Assembly: GCF_963921235.1 (NCBI RefSeq)
Contig: NC_086107.1
Span: forward strand, 106,518,001 to 106,582,000
DNA length: 64,000 nucleotides
Source of the DNA: Mobula hypostoma
Taxonomy: Eukaryota
Reading direction: 5' to 3'
Shown here in pieces: positions 34,353 through 45,447 of the stretch. Positions within the stretch are counted from its first letter, which is position 1, and every line of letters begins with the position of its first letter. A model generated the notes under the pieces. It had not been told where the DNA came from and ran no database searches. It saw nothing but the letters and a program-made list of their open reading frames with translations. The position numbers and the translations under genes were made by a program.

Positions 34353-37092
34353 TCAGCCTGATCTTAATAAAACATACATTATGTGGAGCAACAAGGTTGG
34401 GAAATTTTAAAAATCCTTACAAGAGAAGAACAATAAAGATTCAAGAAGCAACAATATAACAGATATAATGACAAAAATGTTCTTCTATAAGAATAATGAA
34501 GTAAAATACAGGTAAATGTTGGGCCTGTTGTGGACCGAAACGTTAACCTGCAGTTGAAGGTGAAGAAATGAGTAATGTTAACCACAGGACATAGAATGGT
34601 ACAGGCTCTTCAGCCCATGATATTGTGCTGACCTTTAAACCTACAGCAAGATCTATCTAACTCTTCCTGGCCACATACCTCTCCATTTTCATTTCATCCA
34701 TTTGCTGGGCTAAGAATCTCTTAAATGTACCTAATGTATTTGCCTCTACCACCACCCCTGGTATGGCATTCCATGCTCGCACCACTGTAAAAATCTCATC
34801 TCTGACAAGCACCCCCCCCCACACTTTCCTCCAATCACGTTAAACAGAATTCCTCTGGTATTGGCCATTACTATCTTGGGAGCACTGACTGTCCACTCTA
34901 CCTGTTTTAAATAAATATTCTGCTTGGCAGAGGAAGGAGGCCAATGCTGTGATTAGGAGTGAAATATTAAGTGGGATAAGATTATAAAAATAGATAGATC
35001 TCATGGGTCAGAGGATGTTTAAAGAAGTATGGGAGGAATATTGAGAAGCTTGGCTGATTGTTTTCAATCCTTCTTGGCATCAGAAAACTGGAGAACTATG
35101 AACCTTGTGCCACTGTTTAGAAAAGGAGGAGGGGTTAAACAGAGTATTTTATTTATTGAGATACGTGAAACGGGATCTTCTGGCACTTTGAGCTGCACTA
35201 CCCATCAATTTCTGATTTAGTCCTCGCCTAATCACGGGACAATTTACAATGACCAATTAACCTACCAACCACTATGTCTTTGGACTGTGGGAGGAAGCCA
35301 GAACACCCAGAGGAAACACACGTGACCACCAGGAGAACGTACAAACTCCTTACAGACAGTGGTGGGAATTGAACCTGAGTCACTGGTACAGGAAAGAGCT
35401 ACAAACTATTTTAACTTTGGCAACGGGTAAATTATTGGAATAAATTCTCAGGGCTTGCAAACCATGAATTTGCAATGGTATAGATTAATCAAGGGCCATA
35501 TGAAAGGAAATTGACTGTGATTTTGAAAAAGTAACAAGGAGAATTTGAGAGCAATGTTATTGATGTAGTCTCACTGAATTTTAGCAAGGTTTCTGACAAG
35601 ATATTACGTCAGACTGATCAAAAAAGTTAGTCCATGGGATCCAAGAAAGTGCCAAATCAGATTCTAAATTTGTTCTGCCGCATGAAGCAAAGAGTAATGC
35701 ATGACAGGTGTTTTGTGACTGGAAAGCAGTTAGCACAGGTTCAGTACCAAGCCCTTGGTCTGAATGTTTTAAACATAGACTTAAGAAAGTGTTAGAGGAA
35801 AGGTTTACACTGCAGAACAATATTGATGGGTGGATTAGTTGTGCAGAAAAGCAAATGGAATTTACTCCATAGAAGTGTGAGGTAATGATTTGGGAGATGC
35901 AAAAAGGCTAGGGAATACATGGGTATTGAGTGTTATGGAGGAACAGACTGCATTCAACAGAACCTTTAAGGAGACATGATGGCTTGATAAGGTGGCTAAC
36001 AAGACATTCAGAATGTTAAGAGTTAGAGTACTAGCTAAGGCACAAGAAAAGGATAAATTAGTGGAGGGTGCAGGGGAAATTTATGACGATGGTGCTACAA
36101 CTGTAAATTTTTTTGCAATAAGGAAAGATTAGGTATACCAAGATTGTTTACCTTGTAAAGGTGTGGCTGAAGGGAGTTATGAATTATGTATAAAGTTATG
36201 ATGAAGTCAGACAGAATAAATAGGAAAAACCTCTTTCCCCTCAAAAAAAGGTTAAAATCCATAGGACAGAAATATAACATAATAGGCACGATTGGAAGTG
36301 AGATGACAATTTTGATTTTCACATAGAGGCCGGTATTGGTTTGGAACTCACCTGAAAGGCTGGACAGGCAAAAACTCTTAACATATTTTAAAGAGCACTT
36401 GGTTGTGTACCTACTGGGTTACCAATCTTATATAGATTAGGCTGAGTAGCTATTTTGGACTGTCATGAACCTCTTGCTGCATCACAAATTTACCTGGTTC
36501 CGAAAGTGGAGTACCATGAACGGTTCTGGCCATTTTAGGAAGGCTGTGATGGCCTTGGAGATGAGTGCAAATAAGATTTACTGGAATGGTGTGAACAAAA
36601 AAATAACTGGAAGAGCTTAATGGGTCAAACATCATCTGTGAAGTCAAGGGGACGGTTGACATTTTGGGAAATAACTCCAAATGCTTTATCAGCGCCAGAA
36701 TGCATGGCAATACTTGCCGGCTGCCCCCGGCACATCCTTGAGTGTGCTGGTTGTTAATGCAAGCGACGCACTTCACTGTAGATTTTTGAAATGTATATGT
36801 GATAAATAAATCCGAACCTAGATCAGGAACCTCTTTACTGGAACAGAGGATGAAGGATTTCAGCAACAGAGTTTGACCACAGAAGATGGAAGTGTTCCCA
36901 TTGGGGAAAAAGATTGACAGGGAAAAGATATGGGCAGGGCATCGAGAGATCTGTTTTTGGACACAATGGTGAAGATCTGGCACTTGGTGCCAATGAAGAT
37001 GGAGAAAACAATTTTCATACTAGAAGGAAATTAACATGCAGAAATTTGGAATAATTATACAGGAAAATGGGCCTGATGGGAATACTCTAAAG

Positions 37093-39014
37093 CAGCCTTT
37101 CTCAACCATTTTGCCCTGAAGGAACCCTTGAAATAATTTTCAAGTCTCAGGGAACCCCTGCGTAAAAATTATTACATCTACAGGTCACAGTATGTGAGTG
37201 TGATCAGTAAATAGGAGATGTAATAATCCAAAAATAATTGTTAATGCTCTGTTGATTACAGAATTAATTTTTAGTCAACCTTTCTTGAAAAATACAAGTA
37301 GTTAAGTTTAGTTTATCTTTCTTGAAATTAATCTCCTTTCCCTTTCATAAATTTAAAAAAATCATTAGGCAAACAATAAATTTTTGTTAAATAACAAAAC
37401 TTAAATAACAAACTTAAGCCAAAATGGGAGTTAATTTTTCTAAAGGTAGGATTGGTAGATTTAATTTAAATAAAGGTTGTAAATTGATTTTAATTAATGC
37501 TATTTACAACATGAACATTTATTGATAATGTTGAAAAATAAAGTTACTAAATACTATAAGCCAAAGCAACACAGTTCCTCCAAGATAAGACTTTTTTGTT
37601 TCCACATATGAAGACAAAACATTACATAAATCTTGGCCTTTGCTTGTTTCGGGCAGCTCTTTGCAACAGAAAAAGTTTTCTCAAATTTCACCATCATCTA
37701 CAAGCCTTACAAATGCTACAACATGATACTTATTGTGAAATCTGTTGACTTATCAACCAGGATAGAGAAGCTGTTGTTTTTCAGTTTACCACACAAAACC
37801 TCTTCAGCATCATGTGACGTGTCATCAATCCGTCAACTTATCATGCTGTTTGAGAGTGCTACATCTTGTCCTAGCATTTTACCCATTATAATTTTACATG
37901 CTGGCATTATGAGGTTCTTTTCTGGGTAATAAGTTCTGCTACTAAATAACTTGCTTCCCGAGTCCTTTTACTAACTGTGACTTTAGTAACAAAAGCTTTA
38001 CTCTGTTATTTTGAGATTCTAATAGCTGTCAATTATAATCAGCAATTTTGTGTGCCATTTGGCTGTGATTTATAGTTAAGTGTCTCTTCTATTTTGCTGA
38101 AACCATTGCTGTATTTTCTAAGTTGTTTGCCACAGACCAGGTATAATGGAATAGGACAATTTGGATCACCAGTCCATCTAAAACCCATCGATAAGTCGCT
38201 TTCATTGTAAAGACAGACTTTTTGTGTGCCTGTTGCTGCACCAGTGCAGTGAAATGACTCAGACGATTGTACTGTCAGACATGTCTGTAAAACACAGGGT
38301 TTAATAAAAATATAAAAAAGAACGGTATAATAAATAACTAAATAAGAAAACTGCAAAAAATACAAAAGCTTCACACTACAATTCACTTCTAACCCACACA
38401 ATCCACCTTTTGCAATGTTTACAACAGCAAAGTGGCAGGGCAGTAGCTGAGTCATGGTGTGTAAAAATTCCTTCTTTAGAATGAAAATTTCCCTCCAATT
38501 TTCTGTCAAGTTTGTTCACTCCCCATAAGTCAGTTGAGGGCATGTAAGGGGAAGCTGGGGGAGGTAATTCAGGAGGGAGACGCTGATATCACAGCCCAAG
38601 TTGGGCGCGTCCATTCAATGCTCAGGAAACACATTTTACACTCATCAGCCTACCATCCTCCCTTCCGTGCAATACAGCACTCACCAATTATCAGCCTGCT
38701 ATCCTCCCCTCTGTGTAATACAGCACTCACCAATTATCAGCCTACCGTCCTCTCCTTCCTGCAACGCAGCGCTCACCAATTATCAATGGCCTCCCCTATC
38801 TTGCGTCAAAAACTGTGAACGGACTCAAGCGAATAAACATGGTCCTACTGTGCACTGCCAAACAGGGCAGGGAAACCTCTAACGAGATTGCTATCAGGGC
38901 TGCTTGGTCACCGCCCACCACTGTGAGCGCTAGCGTCGTGCGCTGCACGGAGTTCAAAAATGTTATTTTTTTTTTAATCACGACCTCTTGCGGAACCCCG
39001 GTTGAGAAACCCTG
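37093..39014 (-). mobile_element. hAT (Charlie-like) DNA transposon, internally deleted
   Basis: TIRs CAGCCTTTCTCAACC / GGTTGAGAAACCCTG; perfect 8-bp TSD CTCTAAAG (37085-37092, 39015-39022); BED-finger remnant YNESDLSMGFRWTGDPNCPIPLYLVCGKQL and FSILVDKSTD; subterminal tandem repeats near 38640-38790. Confidence 0.92.
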
Positions 39015-39022
39015 CTCTAAAG

Positions 39023-39103
39023 CATGGCTTCCCAACCTTTTTCATACCATGGACTCGCTATCATTAACCGAGCAGTCCCTGAACCCTAGATCGGGATCTC
39101 CTG
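39023..39103. mobile_element. Small hAT MITE directly abutting the Charlie-like element
   Basis: Homologous to 16598-16677 in reverse; flanked by CTCTAAAG and CTCTGAAG. Confidence 0.7.
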
Positions 39104-40749
39104 CTCTGAAGGGAACAGACCCAGACTGGACAGGTCAGATTTCCCCGTGCCATTATAATTCAATACTGACAACTCAGAATCCCTCCTGCATTATGATGAT
39201 ATAAACCAGGGATTAACTCAGCCTTTTCTGCAGCTCACCTTTCACAAAACGTTCCTTTCCTGTTCAAGCCCTTTAACTTTCCAGCTGCGGATTACGCTGG
39301 GGTCAGCTGACGGATGCTGGCATCTCTTTTATGCAGCTCTGCTCACCTGTTACAAGGAGGATATGGGGGCTTTGAAGAGGGTACAAAAGAGATTCACCAG
39401 GATGCCGCCCAAATTAGAAGGTATGAACTATATGAACTTGAATAAACGTTGTCATAGGCTGAGGGTGAAAGGTGAAATATTTAAGGGGAACGACTTTACT
39501 CAGAGGGTGGTGCAAATGAAGAGTGAGCTGTCAGCAGAAGTGGTAGATGTGGTTTCAATTGTCACTGATAGAGAAGTTAGAATAGGTACTTAGAGGGAAG
39601 GGGTATGGAAGGATAAAGTCAGGGTGCAGATAGATGGGACTAGGCAGACCAGGCTGCATTTCTCTATCACTCTATGACATCAGTTCTGATAAAATAATTC
39701 TTCAACATAAGGCACAGGAGCAGATTAGGCCATTCAGCCAATCAAGTCTGCTCTGCCATTCAATCACAGCTGACTTATTTTCCCCCTCAACCACGTTCTC
39801 CTTCCTTCTTCCTGTAACCACTGATATAAGCGGTCAGCCTCTTTAAAAAAAAGCTTTTTCTTTCCATTCAGAGAGAGACACACACAGAAACCTTTGGAAC
39901 TCACTATCTCAGCGGGTAGTGGACACTGAGAATATTCATGTATAAGTTTGTTGGGTCACTGGTAAATCTCATCTTATAGAAAAAAAGCAGAAAAGTGGAG
40001 TTGAGCACAAGGTAAAAATCAGTCATGATCATATTAACTTGCACAGTAGATTCAAAGCACCAAATAACCTCCTCCTTCTTAAGGCTGATTGACTCTTTCC
40101 CCATGCACCAAACTCATTTCACCACCCCCCACGCATTATCTTCACCCCTGTGCCAATTCAAGCACGGCTCAGATAACAATCTAAAGATTATTAATGATGT
40201 GGCTCGCTCGTTACATTGCTCTCAGTTTCCTCATATTCTCTTAGGTGAACCTATTAGCTCCGTGTGCATCTAAAGTGGGCAGCTCTCCTTCACACCTCCG
40301 GGTGATACTCAGTACAGCCTTTGGAGCATCACTGTCAGCTGCGGAGAACACTGGATCTATGCCTTATTCATCACCCCTTTCGTTTCAAGTGCACAGGTCA
40401 GATTGCCTAGTCTTAGATCAGATTCTGGACCTGTCTGAAACAAACTGCAGGGCTGTGGGAACCCGTTGGCCATCACTCAAACCCAGGACCAGGTCAAGCA
40501 CGGCAGAAACCAGTGGCTTCTTACTAAACAGGGCAACTCTCTAATCTGCAGCATCTTAAAGACATAATAATTTTCACGGCCCGGGCCTCAGGGGCTCCTC
40601 TCTCCAAATAGGATCAGTGACACATTTATAAGGGGCTTTAAATGATTAATCCCCACCTCTCCTCTTGCTATCTTTTATCTCCTATAACCCCCTTAATGTC
40701 CCCAGAACCTCAATATCAAGAGCACATTCAATTGAAATGTGGTTTCCTG

Positions 40750-41500
40750 CGCAGTACGTAAATACCAGACGGTGTAATGAACGGACGGAAACAACGGCCT
40801 GGATTTCAGGTGGTCGCCGCCCTTCCTTCCACCTCCGGGCAGCCAACATCAACAGGAAAACCCGAGGCGATGGTTGGGGGCCTACGGCCGGAGAGCCGCT
40901 GCTCCATATTTGCTATGGCATCGACAGTGACAGATCCCAACCCGGCCGGCTTCTTTTTTTAAATTTACCGGCAGTGAGTCTCAGGCCCACGACCCGTTAT
41001 CCACTCACCACCTTCCCGCTCGATCCCCAGCCTGATTGCCAATCAAAGTCCCGCCCACCACCGGACCGTCCCCGAGACGCTGGGGGGAGGGCCTAAAACC
41101 TTACGGCCCAATAGTAGAGCCGCTGCTGCGCCCATTCTTGAGTGACATTCACCGTTACCAATAAACAGCAGGGTCTTAGTTCTATTGACAGCCAGAGAGG
41201 CCAATCGTTCCATTGACAGATCTGTTCCTATGGTGCGAGGAGAACACGGTAAAGTGGGCGGGGTTCTACATAGAACAGAGAAATCTACAGCACATTGCAG
41301 GCCCTTCGGCCCACAATGTTATGCTGACCATGTATCCTACTCTAGAAACTGCCTAGAGTCTCCCTAGCGCATAGCCCTCTATCTTTCTAATGAGTACTTG
41401 TTCAATAGAAATGAAGATCAGGCGCAACACATTCCAGTTGACAGTTATGTTATCCAATCAGTGGCTGGAATGAGCGGATTGACATTTCAGTCAAACAAAT
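40750..41500 (-). promoter_or_regulatory. CpG-rich promoter and probable non-coding first exon of the epsin gene
   Basis: Local CpG enrichment; CCAAT boxes near 41039, 41108, 41158, 41201 and 41454; GC boxes (CCCGCCC near 41050, GGGCGGGG near 41256); minus-strand donor candidates G|GTGAGT at 41008 and C|GTAAGG at 41104. Confidence 0.7.
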
Positions 41501-43971
41501 CTGGTTAATTAGGCTTGAAGATGCCTTCAGTTACAAGAAGGGCATCGGAATGGGGATGTTGGGAACTCTAACACTCCAGCAGGGCAGAAAAAGAATGAGA
41601 TAATTATTGGGATAAGCAATCATTCCATCGAACTAATTCGTGTCACTTTTGCATCATGCCAGAACTCTAGGGGCCAACAATGAATTTGGACCAAATTATA
41701 CATTGGGCAAGAACTTTACATTCCCATGCAATTCTGTTGGTTTTGAAGGAACACATGGAGAACTTTTAAAGGTTTTCATAATGGCAGTCAGTAGAGCTGC
41801 TGCCTCACAGCTGTGCGTTCAATCCGAATCTCTCCTACTCTCTATGCCAAAGTTGAATTTGTACATGTGCACAGGTGCAATGAAAAAATTACTTGCAGCA
41901 ACATCACAAGCAGATAGCAACAAATAAGGAGCATTTGCAAAACAAAAGCCTGAACTAAACATAAATGATAGACACATTTGACAAGAAAGAACTCAGTGTG
42001 TGATAAATGGGTGCCTCGTGTTCCAGAGGAATGATGTTTCGTTTGGTTGCATACATGTACAGTCAGGTGACAATGAAGTTGAATTTGAACAATTAGAATG
42101 AAAAGCTACAAATCCATTTTAGTGCATAGTGTTCCTATACTGACATAGTGATTAGGGTTCTGCAGGTTGCTTCAAGAATGAAGGAAAGCTGTTCTTGAAC
42201 CTGGTGATGTGGGTACTATTGGTTCTGTACCTCCTGTCAAAGTTCAAAGTTCAAAGTACATATACCCCATATACATATGTCACCATATACAACTTTGAGA
42301 TTCATTTTCCTGTGGGCAAATCTATAGATAAATAACTATAACAGGATCAATTAAAGATCAACCAGAGTGCAGAAGACAACAACTGTGTAAATGCGAACAT
42401 AAATAAGTAGCAATAAATAATGAGAACATGAGATAAAGAGTCCTTAAAAGTGAGATCATTGGTTGTGGGAGCATTTCAAAGATGGGGCAAGTCACTGTAG
42501 TTATCCCCTTTTTTTCAAGAGCATGATTGTTGAGGGCTAGTAATTGTTCTTGAACCTGCCGGTATGAGTCCTGAAGCTCTTGTATCTTCTACTTGATGGC
42601 AGCAATGAGAAAAGAGCATGGCCTGGTTGGTGGGGGATCTCTGATAATGGATGCCGCTTTCCTCCGACAGCATTTACAGCAAGAAAGAGTTAGATAGAGC
42701 TCTTAAAGATAGTGGAGTGAAGGGATATGGGGAGAAGGCAGGAAAAGGATACTGATTGTGGATGATCAGCCATGATCACAGTGAATGGTGATGCTGGCTC
42801 GAAGGGCTGAATGGCCTACTCCTACACCTATTGTCTATTGTCTATTTCATGCAGGTGTGCTCAGTGTTTGTGAGGGCTTTACCTGTGATGTACTGGCTGA
42901 ATCCACTACCTTTTGCAGGATTTTCCATTCAAAGGCATTGATGTTTCCATACCAGGCTGTGATACAGGCAGTCAATATACACTCCACGACATGTTTATAG
43001 AAGTTTGTTTAAGTTTTAAATGTCATGCCGAAGTTTTAGATAGCATGGCCTGAATGGCTTTCTCTGCGACGGTGCGGGTTTCCTATGGGTGGGGGCGGGG
43101 GCTGAGGGCTGTGCCCTTATTTCCTGTCATGTCCGAAAGAGGTAGGTAAATTAGCTGCTGTTATATTCTCCTACTTGATGGGGAAGTGGTTAAGGTCTGA
43201 TGGGGCAATTGATGGCAGTGTGGGGAGAATGTAAGAAAACGGATTTCGTGTACAATTAGTGTAGATAGATGCTTAATGATCAGCAAGGATGGTGAGAAAA
43301 AAAATCAAAGTAAATTTATTATCAAACTACATATATATCACCATATACAACCCCAAGATTCATTTCTTGTGGGCATACTCAATAAATCCAAATAGAATAA
43401 TAACCATAATAGCATCAATGAAAGGCTGCACCAATTTAGGTGTTCAACCAATGCAAAAAACAACAAACTGTGCAAATACTAAAGAAATAATACTACTAAT
43501 AATAAAAATAATAAATAAATAAGCAATAAATATTGAGAACATGAGATGTTGAGTCATTGAAAGTGAGTCCATAGGTTGTGGGAACACTGTTGGGGCAAGT
43601 GAAGTTGAGTGTTGGTTGAGGGGTAATAACTGTTCCTGAACCTGGTGGTGTGAGTCCTGAGGCTCCTGTACCTTCTTCCATGAAAAGATCTCTTTCAGAT
43701 CTGCATCTCTAGAAGACTATGATGACTACCCCACAATCATCAGACTCTTGAACAAAAGGGGATAGATAATTCACTCAATGGCCCGTCCATTGAGATGTTC
43801 CCACAACCAATGAACTCTCTCTTTCCCTTTCTCTCTCTCTCTCTCTCGTGAGACAGTGTTTGCTGCTGATTCTTGAGTTGGAAGAACTTGAAGTAAAGCA
43901 ATGCTGCAGACTGTAACATCGTAGCAGTGAGCCGTTGGTCCTTTTCACTGTGGAAGGAGTAATACCTTACT

Positions 43972-43974
43972 CAC

Positions 43975-44021
<47 letters not shown>

Positions 44022-44022
44022 T

Positions 44023-44058
<36 letters not shown>

Positions 44059-44095
44059 TAGATAGAGAGGGAGAGAAAGAGAGAGAGAGAGAGTG
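43972..44095. repeat. Compound microsatellite (TC)n-(TA)n-(GA)n forming an inverted repeat
   Basis: Direct reading; the outer CACTCTCT and AGAGAGTG are also complementary. Confidence 0.95.
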
Positions 44096-44819
44096 GGGAG
44101 GAAGGGGGAGGGAGAGGGTTGATGCTTTGCTGCTGCTTGTGTATACGAGGGGGAGGGGAGGTTTGGGGTTCTAACGTTTTTCTGTCATTCATTCTTTGGG
44201 GTTTTCTTCTGTTTTGTGGATGCTTGTGAAGAGCAAGAATGTCAGGTTGTATATTGTATACATTCTCTGATATTAAATGGAACCATTGACCAGTTGCCGA
44301 GAAAGTGCAGTGCAGGTAGACAATAAGGCGCCAGATCATGACGAGGTGACATGAGGGGTCCCTCACGGCCACTAGGGGGCAGTTCCACACATACTCACCC
44401 AGAGGTCAGTATCAAACCTGGTCTGTTGTGCCATTGCTGCGTCGGTGCAGTGTTCCACCACGACCCCTGTAATTTCATTCCAGGCCCCTAACCACTTTGC
44501 CTTTCATCCTGATTGTATGTCCCTGGTTCTGGACCCTTCTATCAAAGGCGGCAGCCTCCCTTCATCCATTCCGCCGTTACCCTGCATAATTAGAGTTACT
44601 TTCATCAGACCCCCCCCCTTTGCAACCTCCTCTGGATCCAAGGACACTGACCCCAGCTTCCCCAGTCCACCCACACACACGCTTGCAATCAGTGATACAC
44701 CACAGTGTGCATTGTCGCATGTGACAGGAAACAGAATGCACTGAAAACACAGCCTTCTACTACAAAGAAAGCCGGCTTTGAGAAGGAACGCAGATTTCCG
44801 AGTATCAGTGCTCTTGACA

Positions 44820-45120
44820 GTGGACGGAAAGTGTGCTGATTAACAAGGGACAGCCTGCCCTACTGTATATCCACTCTGCCTTGGCTTAGATTATACATTA
44901 GAGGCTTGGAGGCTGGTGCTTTGTTTGTGGGGCCAGCGAATATTGCTGCGACTTGACTCCCCTGTGCTGAAACTCAGCATTTAGATTGTGGTTTTCCTGA
45001 AACACAGGAAGGTATCGAACACAGTTTTCTTTCTTTCTGTATCATCTTTCGACGAATTGCAGCCGTGTTACTCTTACAATCTATACCCGCTGTCTTGTGG
45101 TTTGGGAGCGCTTAGGTATG
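44820..45120 (+). promoter_or_regulatory. Candidate haematopoietic-type promoter or 5'UTR exon of the GRAP2-like gene
   Basis: RUNX TGTGGTT at 44987 and 45096, ETS-type TTTCCTG at 44993 and CAGGAAG at 45005, possible donor AG|GTATGC at 45116, about 250 nt before the ATG. Confidence 0.4.
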
Positions 45121-45369
45121 CAAAGAAACCATCTGGAACCTTCGGTGGAGGCAAGATTGAGATCCCCTGTGTAGTTTCTTTTGCTGCCCCCCTTCTCTGC
45201 CCCTCCGCTCCCCCCCCACCCCACCCACAACACCACTTCCCCTCTGACCCTCTTGCTGTACTAACCGCCCCTCCGGGATCTGGTCTGTCAAAGGACCCTC
45301 CTCCTCGTTTAATGTTTGGAGTCTTTAGGTTTGCCTGAGATCAGAGAGTCTCCTCTGAGGGTGTCTTGA

Positions 45370-45447
45370 ATGGAGGCGATCGCCAAGTATGAGTTCTCTG
45401 GGGCCGGAGAGGACGAGCTGAGTTTCAGAAAGAACGACGTCCTTAAG
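45370..45447 (+). CDS. GRAP2: First coding exon of a GRB2-family SH3-SH2-SH3 adaptor, most similar to GRAP2/GADS (start of the N-terminal SH3)
   Basis: ATG at 45370 gives MEAIAKYEFSGAGEDELSFRKNDVLK (SH3 ALYDF...DELSF motif), 78 nt, donor AAG|GTAGGT. GEDELSF and DVLK match GRAP2 as I recall it. Too short for the ORF track. I found no further exons in the window. Confidence 0.82.
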
